From Planctomycetota bacterium (GTDB lineage: Bacteria; Planctomycetota; JAJSAM01; JAKLKS01): a stretch of 64,000 bases of DNA. The translations under genes were made by a program, and so were the position numbers. The notes beneath the pieces were generated by a model. The model made no database searches. It saw nothing but the letters and a program-made list of their open reading frames with translations, and was not told the origin of the DNA. The stretch covers positions 8,269-72,268 of the forward strand of contig JAKLKS010000001.1 of assembly GCA_023150535.1 (NCBI GenBank), written 5' to 3'. Below, piece by piece: positions 44,625-57,079 of this stretch. Position 1 is the first letter of the stretch. Each line of letters begins with the position of its first letter.

Positions 44625-46067
44625 ATGCCGAGGCCGTTCCCCACATCCTGGATCCTCCTGCCCGCCGTTGCGCTCGCGGGATGCGTCTCCTACGAACCGG
44701 ATCCGCTCGACCCGGCGAAGGAGCTCGCGGCGCTCAGGACCCGCGGGATCCCGGAGGTCGAGCTGGTCCGCAGCACCGCCGGGCCTCTGGTTCCCCGGGG
44801 GGCGGCGTTCGATCCAGCGGACGGCCTCGACGAGGCGGAGCTCGTCGCGGTCGCGCTGACCCTCAACCCGGAGCTCCGGGCGAGGCGGCTGGAGGCCGGC
44901 GAGGCCCGCGCGGCGCTCATCCAGGCGGGTCTCTGGCCCAACCCGGAGGTCGGCCTGTCGGTCGCCCGAGGCCTGGAGTCGGGCGCCGGCACGACCGTCG
45001 ACTTCGACTTCCTCTTCGAGCTCCTCCGTGGGGCGGAGAGGTCGGCGAGGATCGACGCTGCCACGGCGAAGGTGGAGGAGGTCCGGGCGGGGATCGTGGC
45101 CGAGGAGTGGCGCCTCGCGGCCGAAGTCCGCCGCCAGCGGCTTGCGGTCCTCGCGGCCGAGAGGGAGGTCTCGCTCCTCGGGGAGGAGGCCGCGCTCCGA
45201 GAGAGGACTCGGGAGACGGTCCGGCGGCGCCGCGACATGGGAGAGGGCACCGAGGTGGAGGTGGCGGCCTCGGACCTGGAGGTCGCCGAGGTCCGCCGGG
45301 AGACCCTTCGCGCCGAGGGAGAGGTCGAGGCCGCCCGGCGCGAGCTCGCCCGGCTCCTCGGACTCCCTCCCGGGTACGCCCTGCGGATCGTCGGATCCGG
45401 TGACCCGCTCCCGGTGGAGGTGCTGCCGGATGTCCCCGAGGCCGAGATCGACCGCCGCCTCCTCGCGGGCCGCCCGGACCTGAAGGCGCTGGAGGCGGCC
45501 TACAAGCGTGCGGAGCACGAGCTCCGGCTCGCGGTCGAGAGGCAGTACCCGCACCTCAATCTCGGTCCGCTGATCACCCGCGAGGACGACGGGGCCTGGC
45601 ACGCGGGGCCCTCCATCGGCCTGGAGCTGCCCCTCTTCGACCGCAACCAGGGGGAGATCGCCGAGAAGGAGGCGCAGCGCGCAAGGGCCCGGGCCGAGTA
45701 CGTCGCGGCGCTCCAGCGCGCCCGGGCGGAGGCCATGGACGCCCTGGGCCGCATGCGGAGGGTCCGGACGGAGCTGGACGCCTTCGAGAAGGAGGTCCTG
45801 CCGCTCGTGCAGCGCACCCAGGATCTCGCCGAGAGGGCGTTCCGGGCGGGCGAGGTCGGGGTCCTCGACTGGATCACGGCCCAGCAGAGGGCGCTCACGA
45901 CCCGCAAGGCGCTCCTGGAGTCCGCGGTCCGGTACCGGGCCGCGGCGCTGGACTTCGAGGCCGCCGTCGGACCGCCGCCGGAGGCGATCGATGCCGGGAG
46001 CGGGCGGGACAAGGATGCGGGACCCCCGGGAGAACAGCCCCCGGCGGGTCCGAGGAGGCAGCGATGA
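44625..46067 (+). CDS. czcC: Outer membrane efflux lipoprotein CzcC paralog
   Basis: Start MPRPFPTSWILLPAVALAGC lipobox; TolC-family repeats. Confidence 0.85.
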   Translation: MPRPFPTSWILLPAVALAGCVSYEPDPLDPAKELAALRTRGIPEVELVRSTAGPLVPRGAAFDPADGLDEAELVAVALTLNPELRARRLEAGEARAALIQAGLWPNPEVGLSVARGLESGAGTTVDFDFLFELLRGAERSARIDAATAKVEEVRAGIVAEEWRLAAEVRRQRLAVLAAEREVSLLGEEAALRERTRETVRRRRDMGEGTEVEVAASDLEVAEVRRETLRAEGEVEAARRELARLLGLPPGYALRIVGSGDPLPVEVLPDVPEAEIDRRLLAGRPDLKALEAAYKRAEHELRLAVERQYPHLNLGPLITREDDGAWHAGPSIGLELPLFDRNQGEIAEKEAQRARARAEYVAALQRARAEAMDALGRMRRVRTELDAFEKEVLPLVQRTQDLAERAFRAGEVGVLDWITAQQRALTTRKALLESAVRYRAAALDFEAAVGPPPEAIDAGSGRDKDAGPPGEQPPAGPRRQR

Positions 46068-47692
46068 GTGAAGACACGCGGACGCTGGGGTCGTCGGTCG
46101 TCCGGTTGGGCTCCACGGTGCTCGTCTTCGGGGCTCTCGGCGCCGTGGGCCTCTGGGGCCACCGCAATGGCTGGAAGGCACCGAAGTTCTCGGAAGCCAT
46201 GGGGAAGGCGCCCGTCGTCGAGGAGAAAGAGGACTGGTGCGAGGCGCACAACGTCCCCGACTCCAAGTGCATCGCCTGCCACCCGGAACTCGCTGGCGGC
46301 AACGCCAAGGACTGGTGCAAGGAGCACGGCGTCCCCGAGTCGAAGTGCACCGCCTGCCACCCCGAGATCCTCGAGAAGGGCAAGGCCGACGACTGGTGCA
46401 AGGAGCACGGACTCCCCGAGTCGCAGTGCACGCTCTGCCACCCGGAGATCGCGGTGAAGGGCGAGGTCCCGAAGGACCCGGCGGCGCCGGCGGTCGTGGC
46501 TGAGCCCGGTGCTCCCGGCGCCAAGGAGCCCTTCACCTGCCAGACGCACCACCTCCGGGTGCAGTTCGCCAGCGCGGAGGCCGTGCGGAAGGCGGGAGTC
46601 GCCCTCGGTCCCGTCGAGGAGCGCCCCATGGCCGCACGCCTCGTCGCCAACGGGGAGACGGACTACGACCAGACCCGCGTCGCGCGGGTCTCGGTGAAGG
46701 CAGCCGGGACCGTCGCGCGGGTCTTCAAGGAGGTCGGGCAGGAGGTCCGGCGGGGCGAGGTCGTCGCGCTCGTGGACGCGGAGGAGGTCGGTAAGGCGAA
46801 GGCGGAGTTCCTCTCGGCCCTGGCCCAGGCGGACGTGAAGGCTCGGGTCCTCGAGCGCATCCAGGCTTCCGCGAAGGAGGGCCTGCGCCCCAAGGCGGAC
46901 CTCCAAGAGGCGGAGGCCGAGGCCCGGGAGGCGCGCATCAGCGTCTTCAACGCCCAGCAGCGGCTCGTGAACCTCGGCCTCCCCGTCCGCGCGGAGGACG
47001 TTTCAGGGCTCGCGGACGACGCGCTCACGGAGCGGATGCGCCTCCTGGGCCTCCCGACCGAGGTCGCGAAGTCCCTGGGAGACAGGGCCGCGACCGCGAA
47101 CCTCCTCCCGGTCACGGCCCCGCTCGACGGCGTCGTCATCGAGAAGGAGACGGTGCCGGGTGAGGTCGTGGAGGCGGCCCGGACCCTCTTCGTCGTAGCC
47201 GACGTCTCCCGCATGTGGGTGCAGCTCGACGTCCGGCAGGAGGACGCCTCCCTCGTCGCAACGGGGCAGGCGGTCTCCTTCCATCCCGACGGGGCCCGAG
47301 ACGGCGCCTTCAAGGGGAAGGTGACCTGGATCGCGACGGCCGCGGACGAGAGGACCCGCACGGTCCGCGTGCGGGCCGAGGTCGAGAACCCCGACCGCGC
47401 CATCCGCGCCCGGACCTTCGGCACGGGACGCATCACCGTCCGCGAGGCCCCGAAGGCTGTGGTCGTTCCCGACGAAGCGGTGCAGTGGGAGGGCTGCTGC
47501 CACGTCGTGTTCGTGCGCCTGAGCGACGAGATCTTCCAGACCCGCAAGGTGCGCGTCGGCGTCCGTTCGGGGGGCTTTACGGAGGTGCTGGGTGGTGTCC
47601 TCCCGGGCGAGGTGGTCGCCACGGCGGGGAGCGCGGTGCTCAAGGCGGACATCCTGAAGAGCAAGCTCGGCGCCGGCTGCGTGGACGACTAG
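46064..47692 (+). CDS. czcB: Membrane fusion protein CzcB paralog with three N-terminal DWCxEHGxPESxCxxCHPE repeats
   Basis: 542 aa; ATGA overlap with czcC2; repeats at aa 57-135 then MFP domains. Confidence 0.85.
   Translation: MSEDTRTLGSSVVRLGSTVLVFGALGAVGLWGHRNGWKAPKFSEAMGKAPVVEEKEDWCEAHNVPDSKCIACHPELAGGNAKDWCKEHGVPESKCTACHPEILEKGKADDWCKEHGLPESQCTLCHPEIAVKGEVPKDPAAPAVVAEPGAPGAKEPFTCQTHHLRVQFASAEAVRKAGVALGPVEERPMAARLVANGETDYDQTRVARVSVKAAGTVARVFKEVGQEVRRGEVVALVDAEEVGKAKAEFLSALAQADVKARVLERIQASAKEGLRPKADLQEAEAEAREARISVFNAQQRLVNLGLPVRAEDVSGLADDALTERMRLLGLPTEVAKSLGDRAATANLLPVTAPLDGVVIEKETVPGEVVEAARTLFVVADVSRMWVQLDVRQEDASLVATGQAVSFHPDGARDGAFKGKVTWIATAADERTRTVRVRAEVENPDRAIRARTFGTGRITVREAPKAVVVPDEAVQWEGCCHVVFVRLSDEIFQTRKVRVGVRSGGFTEVLGGVLPGEVVATAGSAVLKADILKSKLGAGCVDD
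46232..46465 (+). repeat. Three tandem ~78-81-nt coding repeats (GACTGGTGC(A/G)AGGAGCACGG...TGCCACCC)
   Basis: Repeat units start at 46232, 46310, 46391; encode the CxxC/His motif. Confidence 0.7.
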
Positions 47693-47710
47693 GGGACCCC
47701 GGGGACCGCC

Positions 47711-50860
<3,150 letters not shown>

Positions 50861-50872
50861 GAAGGAGGAGTC

Positions 50873-51226
50873 ATGCGCAGGGCGAACGAACGCAGGGCGT
50901 TCCTGGCGGTTGCGTTGCTGTACGCGGCGAGCGCCTCGGGTTGCGGCGGAGAGGAGAAGCCGGCGGCACCGACGCAGGCACCACCGGCGAAGCCAGAGCC
51001 CGCCTCCCCGAAGGTCCCTCTCGTCGCGCCGCCCAAGGCCGCGGACTGGTGCGGGGAGCACGGGGTGCCGGAGTCCGCGTGCACGCGCTGCAACGCCGAC
51101 CTCGTTCCGGAGTTCAAGAAGAAGGGCGACTGGTGCGACAAGCACGGCCTCCCGGAGTCCCAGTGCGTGACCTGCGACCCCGCCGTCGCCGAGAAGCTCA
51201 AGGCCCTCGCCCCGGCGGGCAAGTAG
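50873..51226 (+). CDS. Periplasmic lipoprotein with two DWCxxHGxPESxC repeats (putative metallochaperone)
   Basis: Signal + lipobox ASASGCGG; DWCGEHGVPESACTRCN and DWCDKHGLPESQCVTCDP. Confidence 0.65.
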   Translation: MRRANERRAFLAVALLYAASASGCGGEEKPAAPTQAPPAKPEPASPKVPLVAPPKAADWCGEHGVPESACTRCNADLVPEFKKKGDWCDKHGLPESQCVTCDPAVAEKLKALAPAGK

Positions 51227-51246
51227 GCCTGGTGGCGCTCGCTGCC

Positions 51247-51681
51247 ATGGACGGGGCATCCGGGAGCCGGCCCTGGACTCGCACCGTCGCGAGGGGCGTG
51301 TGCGAGGTGGACAGCGCCCATACCGATCGCATGGAGGCCGCACGGCGAGCTCTCCCCGGGGAGGACATCCTCCGCGAGGTCTCGGGCACCTTCCGCCTGC
51401 TCTCTCACCCGGCAAGGCTCCGGATCCTGCTCCTCCTGCAGACGCGCGAGCTGTGCGTCTGCGACCTGTCGGCGCTCCTCGGTCTCCCGATGCCGGAGAC
51501 GGTGCGGCACCTCCGGAGGCTCCGGTCCGCGGGGGCGGTCACCTACCGGACTGAAGGGAAGATCGCGTACTACCGGCTGGCCTGCCCTTCGTGGCCCAGG
51601 CTGGTGGCCAAGGCGATCGCGGAGGGCGAGGAGCGAGGAGCTCATCCAGGTCTGCGACGTGCAGCGGGGCGGCGGCCGTGA
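51247..51681 (+). CDS. ArsR/SmtB-family metalloregulator (paralog 2)
   Basis: FRLLSHPARLRILLLLQTRELCVCDLSALLG. Confidence 0.8.
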   Translation: MDGASGSRPWTRTVARGVCEVDSAHTDRMEAARRALPGEDILREVSGTFRLLSHPARLRILLLLQTRELCVCDLSALLGLPMPETVRHLRRLRSAGAVTYRTEGKIAYYRLACPSWPRLVAKAIAEGEERGAHPGLRRAAGRRP

Positions 51682-52358
51682 AGGATGAGAGGATCGCGAC
51701 CGGACCAAAGGTGGATCCGCTGCCCTTGCGCGGAGCCGTTCCAGCGAGGGACTGGCGCAGAACCGCGATCTGGCTCGTCAGTGCGACCCTGGCTTACAAC
51801 GTGGTCGAGGCCGTGATCGCCCTCTGGAGCGGCGAGAGGGCCGACAGCATCGCGCTGTTCGGCTTCGGGCTCGACAGCGTGATCGAGTTCTCTGCCTCCG
51901 GGGTCGTCCTCTGGCGCTACCGGGTCGAGTCGGCGGGAGGCTCCGTCGAGGCCGTCGAGGTGGCCGAGAAGCGGGCGCATCGGTTCATCGGGGGCACGTT
52001 CCTTGCGCTCGCGGCCTACGTGGCGGCGAATGCCGGCTGGACCCTGTGGAAAGCGGAAGCCCCGCAGCCCAGTCTCCCGGGCATCCTCCTCGCCACGGCG
52101 TCGCTCCTCGTCATGCCGGTGCTGTCCGTCGCCAAGCTCCGCGTCGCGTCCCGCCTCGGGAGCCGGCTCCTCCGCGCCGAGGCGAAGGAGACCCTGGCGT
52201 GCTCCTGGCTCTCCCTCACGCTCCTCCTTGGCCTCGCGGCGAACGCGTGGCAGGGCTGGTGGTGGGCCGATCCCGTCTCTGCCATTGCAATGGTCCCCTG
52301 GCTTGTGAAGGAGGGCCTCGAGGGTCTCCGCGGAGAGGAGTGTGCGTGCGATGAATGA
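51678..52358 (+). CDS. Cation-efflux (CDF)-like membrane protein lacking C-terminal domain; ends ...GEECACDE
   Basis: Several TM helices, ADSIALFGFGLDSVIEF resembles CDF TM2; GTG start overlapping ArsR stop (uncertain). Confidence 0.55.
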   Translation: MKDERIATGPKVDPLPLRGAVPARDWRRTAIWLVSATLAYNVVEAVIALWSGERADSIALFGFGLDSVIEFSASGVVLWRYRVESAGGSVEAVEVAEKRAHRFIGGTFLALAAYVAANAGWTLWKAEAPQPSLPGILLATASLLVMPVLSVAKLRVASRLGSRLLRAEAKETLACSWLSLTLLLGLAANAWQGWWWADPVSAIAMVPWLVKEGLEGLRGEECACDE

Positions 52359-52406
52359 GGAGGTCCGGGCGCCCATCCCCTCCGTCTTGACGGGCGGGAG
52401 CGCCCG

Positions 52407-52769
52407 ATGAAGCACCGCGGGGCTGGAGAGGCCGGGTGGTACCGACGCAACTGGAAGACGGTGGCCGGCGTCTGGGGGATCCTGCTCGGGCTGCTTGGTC
52501 TCGTCGCGGCGATCGGGTGGACGGCCATCTGGCTATCGCGGCCCAAGCCCCACGTGCATGTCCGGACCAACCTGGAAGTGGTCGAGCCCTCTGCCGACTA
52601 CCCGCTCGCGACGTGCGTCGTCAGCGGCAAGCCCCTCCGGCCCCTCCCGGACCGCATCGCCGTCATCTACGGCGGCACGGAGGTCCAGTTCTGCTGCGAG
52701 GTCTGCATCCCGGAGTTCGAGAAGGACCCGGAGAGGTTCATGAAGACCGTGCGGGACAAGTCCCGATGA
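52407..52769 (+). CDS. Membrane-anchored YHS/TRASH-domain metal-binding protein
   Basis: One TM helix then ATCVVSGKPL...IYGGTEVQFCCEVCIPEFEKDPERF. Confidence 0.7.
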   Translation: MKHRGAGEAGWYRRNWKTVAGVWGILLGLLGLVAAIGWTAIWLSRPKPHVHVRTNLEVVEPSADYPLATCVVSGKPLRPLPDRIAVIYGGTEVQFCCEVCIPEFEKDPERFMKTVRDKSR

Positions 52770-52820
52770 CTCCCCGCCGCCGTGTACCGTCGGGCGCAGG
52801 TCCACCGGGAGGAGCCTGAG

Positions 52821-52934
52821 ATGCACACGACCACCCTCGACCCGTGGAAGCACCGGCACGACTTCGGGGCGGACGCCTACGGGACCGCCGAGCGACCCAC
52901 CCGCTGGGTCGTGGGGCTCCGCGCCCCGAACTAG
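52821..52934 (+). CDS. Possible small ORF (37 aa, MHTTTLDPWKHRHDFGADAYGTAERPTRWVVGLRAPN)
   Basis: Strong SD GGGAGGAGCC 7 nt upstream of ATG; below ORF-track size cut-off. Confidence 0.3.
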   Translation: MHTTTLDPWKHRHDFGADAYGTAERPTRWVVGLRAPN

Positions 52935-53110
52935 ATCGGTTTCACCCGACCTCCCGCCACAATCCCCCCGACGCGGCGCGGGTCGGAGCAGAGATGGACA
53001 CCCCTTGGTACCCTGAGGTCCGCAACGGAAACTGAGGGTCCGATGGTGTCGTTGTAACCCACGCAGCCACAAGGGTTACGGCGCTACGGGGTGGGGCGCC
53101 CGACCCGAGC

Positions 53111-53158
53111 GTCAGTTTAGGAAACCGCCGCTCTATCCTACTGAGCTACGGGGACACC
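53111..53158 (-). pseudogene. Inverted partial copy of tRNA-Arg(CCU) 5' half (29 nt identical, ~45 nt similar), not foldable into a complete tRNA
   Basis: Minus strand reads GGUGUCCCCGUAGCUCAGUAGGAUAGAGCGGCGGUUUCCUAAACUGAC then unrelated GC-rich hairpins; no matching acceptor 3' strand or T arm. Confidence 0.5.
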
Positions 53159-53224
53159 GTGGACCTCGCGGCATCCTACCGCGCGGGCGCCGCCGCGGGG
53201 AGATCCCGGAGACCGGAGGACCCC

Positions 53225-53563
53225 ATGGACGCCCCCCCCACCATCGACGACTTCGCCCGGCTGGACCTCCGCGTCGGCACCATCCGCGAGTGCCTCCCCT
53301 TCCCCGAGGCCCGCAGGCCCGCCTGGCGGCTCACGGTCGACCTCGGGCCCCTCGGCCTCAGGACCTCCAGCGCGCAGCTCACCGGCCTCTACCGCCCCGA
53401 GGACCTCGTCGGCCGCCAGGTCCTCGCCGTCGTCAACCTCCCGCCCCGGCGCATCGGCCCCTTCGTCTCCGAGGTCCTCGTCACCGGGTTCCCCGACGCC
53501 GAAGGACGCGTCGTCCTCGCCGTCCCCGAGCGACCCGTCCCCGACGGCGCCCGCCTCTTCTGA
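53225..53563 (+). CDS. csaA: tRNA-binding domain protein CsaA-like
   Basis: Start MDAPPTIDDFARLDLRVGTI; OB-fold tRNA_bind signature. Confidence 0.7.
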   Translation: MDAPPTIDDFARLDLRVGTIRECLPFPEARRPAWRLTVDLGPLGLRTSSAQLTGLYRPEDLVGRQVLAVVNLPPRRIGPFVSEVLVTGFPDAEGRVVLAVPERPVPDGARLF

Positions 53564-53595
53564 CCCCGTCGGGGCCCCCTCGGGCGGAGGGTACG

Positions 53596-53790
53596 ATGGG
53601 GTCCATGGACACCGCCGAGGCCCTGCGCGCCGCCGCCCGCCTGCGAACGGCCCTGGACATGCACGACTTCGGCGTGGCCATGGAGAGGCAGAGGCTCCGC
53701 AGGCTCGACCCCGCCGCACCGGAGGAGGAGATCGAGGGCCGCCTCCTCCGCTGGCTCCGGGACCTTCCCCCCGACGCGGACTCCCCGTGA
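53596..53790 (+). CDS. Small hypothetical protein (64 aa)
   Basis: C-terminal part of ORF 53290..53790. Confidence 0.3.
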   Translation: MGSMDTAEALRAAARLRTALDMHDFGVAMERQRLRRLDPAAPEEEIEGRLLRWLRDLPPDADSP

Positions 53791-53994
53791 GCCTCCTGGA
53801 GGAGATCCTCCGGAGGGTTGCCCGGGATCCCGCGTCCGCCGTGGTCCGCTCCGCTCTCGCCGGGGAGCGCGGATTCCCGCGGGGGAGGAACCTCTTGGCG
53901 GCCGTCCGGGCGCAGAGGGCCGGCCGCCCCGCCTGACACCCGACTCCCGGTCCCCGCGCTTCCCCTCCGACGCCCGATCCCGTACCCTCGGCCC

Positions 53995-55308
53995 ATGACC
54001 GCGACGGAGAGCCCGCCGCCCCCCCCGCCGCCCCCCCCGGGGGGCGCGCCCGCCCCCGCCTCCCCGCTCCTCCTCTGGCTCCTCGTCGCCGGCGCCGTCG
54101 GCGGCGCGGCCGCGGGGGCGATCGGGGGGAAGCCCGCCGCGGAGACCCTCGGCTGGATGGGGGACCTCTTCCTCGACGCGCTGCGCATGGTCGTCGTCCC
54201 CCTCGTCATGGCCTCCCTCGTCTGCGGCGTCTCCGCCATCGGGGACGTGCGGGGCCTCGGGCGCGCCGGGCTCGTCGCCGTCCTCTACTTCCTCGGCACC
54301 ATGCTCCTGGCCGTGGTCCTCGGCCTCCTCCTCGTCACCCTCCTGCGCCCCGGGGAGGGCGCGGGCCCGGGCGTGCTCACCGCGGCGGAGTCCGCGCGGT
54401 TCTCCGCGAAGGCCGACGTCGGCCTCCCCGACCTCGCCCGGTCCTTCGTCCACCCCTCCCTCCTCGACGCCATGGCCCGGAGCCTCGTCCTCCCCTGCAT
54501 CGTCTTCTCCCTCGCCTTCGGCGCCGCCCTCACCACGCTCGGGGAGAAGGGGAGGCCCGTGCTCGCCGTCGTGGACGGCGTCAACGAGGCGCTCCTCAGG
54601 GTCGTCCACTGGCTCCTCTGGCTCGCGCCCCTCGGCGTCCTCGGCCTCGTCGCCGGGCGCATCGGCGCCACCGGGGGCGGCGGCGCCGCCATGGAGGAGT
54701 TCCGGCGCATCGGCGCCTACATGCTGGTCGTGATCCTCGGCCTCGCCCTCCACGGGCTGCTGGTGCTCCCCCTCCTCCTCCGGTTCCTCGGCGGGAGGAA
54801 CCCGCTCACCTACGCCCGCGGCATGCTCCCGGCGCTCGTCACCGCCTTCTCCACCGCCTCCTCCTCCGCGACCCTGCCCGTGACCATCGAGTGCATCTCC
54901 GACAACAACGGCGTCTCCCGGAAGGCCGCCGGCTTCCTCGCCCCCCTCGGCGCCACCCTCAACATGAACGGGACCGCCCTCTACGAGGCGGTGGCCGCGG
55001 TCTTCATCGCGCAGGCCTACGGCATCGAACTCGGCGTCGGCGCCCTCGCCGTCGTCGCTCTCACCGCGGTGCTGGCGGCGGTCGGGGCGGCAGGCATCCC
55101 GGAGGCCGGCCTCGTCACCATGGTGCTCGTGCTCCAGGCGGTCGGCCTCCCGCTGGAGGGCATGGGGCTCCTCCTCGCCGTGGACTGGTTCCTCGACCGC
55201 TGCCGCACCATGGTCAACGTCTGGGACGACGGCGTGGGCGCGGCGGTGCTCGAGAGGCTCGCCTTCCGGCCGGGAATGGGGCCGGCGGCGGGGACGCCCC
55301 TCCCGTAG
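53995..55308 (+). CDS. Dicarboxylate/amino acid:cation symporter (DAACS/GltP family)
   Basis: Start MTATESPPPPP at 53995; multiple TM helices and conserved NMNGTALYEAVAAVFIAQ motif. Confidence 0.85.
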   Translation: MTATESPPPPPPPPPGGAPAPASPLLLWLLVAGAVGGAAAGAIGGKPAAETLGWMGDLFLDALRMVVVPLVMASLVCGVSAIGDVRGLGRAGLVAVLYFLGTMLLAVVLGLLLVTLLRPGEGAGPGVLTAAESARFSAKADVGLPDLARSFVHPSLLDAMARSLVLPCIVFSLAFGAALTTLGEKGRPVLAVVDGVNEALLRVVHWLLWLAPLGVLGLVAGRIGATGGGGAAMEEFRRIGAYMLVVILGLALHGLLVLPLLLRFLGGRNPLTYARGMLPALVTAFSTASSSATLPVTIECISDNNGVSRKAAGFLAPLGATLNMNGTALYEAVAAVFIAQAYGIELGVGALAVVALTAVLAAVGAAGIPEAGLVTMVLVLQAVGLPLEGMGLLLAVDWFLDRCRTMVNVWDDGVGAAVLERLAFRPGMGPAAGTPLP

Positions 55309-55318
55309 ACTCCCCCCC

Positions 55319-57079
55319 GTGCAGGGGGCATGGGCGTCGGCCGCGATCCTCGTCGCGGCGGTGTTGCCGGTCACGGGTCCGGGACCCGCCGCGGGCGGCG
55401 GCGCGGAGCCTCCCCGCTGGCGCCTCGATCCGGGGGCGCTGGCGGAGTACGACCTCGTCCCCGTCACCGTGGACGCGAAGACAGGCGAGCGGAAGCGGGG
55501 GAAGGGGAGGCCCTTCGGCGTCTTCGGCCACCGCGTCCTCGAGGGCCGCGCCCCGCGCCCCCTCCACGCCGACCTCGACGACCTCGGCCCCGCCTTCGCC
55601 CTCACCCTCCCGCCGGAGGCCGCGGGGGGGAGGGAGGCGGTCGTCCTCCCCGTCCCCGGGAACCTCGGCCCCGTCGAGGTCTCCGGGAAGTGGACCGCGG
55701 CGGCCCGCCCGGACGGGAAGGTCGCCTGCGCGGCCGACCTCGTCCTCCGCCACCGCGGGCCCCCGAAGTCCGACGCCTTCGACCGGGTCCTCGTGGACGG
55801 GACCCTGGCCGTCTCGTCGGTCTTCGACCCCGCGCGCGGGATCGTCGAATCCGCCGCCTTCGACCTCCGCGCCCGCACCGTGCCCGACGAGGGGGCGGTG
55901 AAGGACCGGAAGGTCGCCGAGGTGCGGCGCGCGGGGGAGCTGGCCTTCGTCCGGATCGCCTCCGCGGCGGGGCCGGAGTTCCAGCCCGCCGTGGACGGGG
56001 CCATCGCGAAGGGGGTGGAGTGGCTCCGGAAGCAGCCGAAGGACGGGAAGTACCCCGAGTACGGCGGCTACCCCGGGGGCGTGGACGGGCTCGCGGCGCT
56101 GGCGCTGTTCGCCTGCGACCCCGAGCGGAAGGCGGGGGACGCGGCGCTCGCGGCAGCGATGTCGGTGGAGCCGGCGAAGACCTACCAGGCGGCCGTCACC
56201 ATGATGGCCATCGAGATGAAGCGCACGCCGCCCGGCGAGGCGGAGCTCCTCCGGGCCGGGAAGATCGCGAAGCCGGTCCGCAACCTCGACGCCTTCGAGC
56301 GGATGTGGATGGAGAAGGGGGCGAAGTTCCTCCTCGACACCGCGGCCGGGCCCGGGAAGTGGAACTACCCCTCGAAGCAGCACGGCGGCCGGTTCGTCCC
56401 GCCGCCGCCGGACCTCAGCAACTCCCAGTACGCCGTGCTCGGCCTCCTGGCCGCCCACCGCTGCGGCGTGCCCGTGGAGGAGGGGGCCTGGCTCGGGATC
56501 CTCCGGGCGTTCCTCCAGGCCCAGCAGAGGGACGGGCCGCCGGCGGCGGGCTGGTTCCCGTCCTACCGGGACCTGCGGGAGGCGGCGGCGGGGGGGACGT
56601 CGGTCCGCTCCGAGAGGCTCCGCGCCCGGGGCTGGCCCTACCGCACCGGGGAGGCCGCCTCGGGGACCATGACCTGCGCCGGCATCGCGTCGGTCGCCCT
56701 CGCGCGGGACGTGCTCCGCGAGGTCGCCCCGCGGAGGGTCGCGCCGGACCTCGCCGCCGAGGCGGACCGGGCGATCCTCGACGGCTTCGCCTGGCTCGCC
56801 GCGCGCTGGACCGTGGAGCAGGCCCCCCACGAGGACGGGAAGGCGCGGGAGTGGCTCCACTACTTCCTCTACGCGCTGGAGCGGGCCGGGATCCTCGCCG
56901 ACGTGGCGCGGGTGGACGGGCGGGACTGGTACGGGGAGGGGGCCCTCCACCTCCTGCTGACCCAGGAGGCCGAGGGCTGGTGGACGGAGGAGGCGGGCTC
57001 CGCGCCGCGGAAGGTCGCCGACACCTGCTTCGCGCTGCTCTTCCTCAAGCGCGCCGTCACCCCCGTGGCGACGCGGTAG
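55319..57079 (+). CDS. Secreted hypothetical protein with prenyltransferase/terpene-cyclase-like alpha-toroid repeats
   Basis: Signal peptide; repeated QxxDGxW-like segments. Confidence 0.55.
   Translation: MQGAWASAAILVAAVLPVTGPGPAAGGGAEPPRWRLDPGALAEYDLVPVTVDAKTGERKRGKGRPFGVFGHRVLEGRAPRPLHADLDDLGPAFALTLPPEAAGGREAVVLPVPGNLGPVEVSGKWTAAARPDGKVACAADLVLRHRGPPKSDAFDRVLVDGTLAVSSVFDPARGIVESAAFDLRARTVPDEGAVKDRKVAEVRRAGELAFVRIASAAGPEFQPAVDGAIAKGVEWLRKQPKDGKYPEYGGYPGGVDGLAALALFACDPERKAGDAALAAAMSVEPAKTYQAAVTMMAIEMKRTPPGEAELLRAGKIAKPVRNLDAFERMWMEKGAKFLLDTAAGPGKWNYPSKQHGGRFVPPPPDLSNSQYAVLGLLAAHRCGVPVEEGAWLGILRAFLQAQQRDGPPAAGWFPSYRDLREAAAGGTSVRSERLRARGWPYRTGEAASGTMTCAGIASVALARDVLREVAPRRVAPDLAAEADRAILDGFAWLAARWTVEQAPHEDGKAREWLHYFLYALERAGILADVARVDGRDWYGEGALHLLLTQEAEGWWTEEAGSAPRKVADTCFALLFLKRAVTPVATR

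Noticed and set aside
46232-46465. Tandem direct repeats as possible CRISPR or VNTR
   Set aside because: Repeats are in-frame coding units of CzcB2 (78-81 nt, imperfect), no spacers; no CRISPR array anywhere in window.
53030-53160. Possibility that the tRNA-like element is a functional long tRNA (class II, SeC or intron-containing)
   Set aside because: After the shared 5' half no sequence can pair with the GUCCCCG acceptor strand, and the putative T arm does not pair. An alternative acceptor GGUGUCC/CGACACC shifts the D-arm register. Insert size (~45 nt) fits neither a variable arm nor a group I intron.
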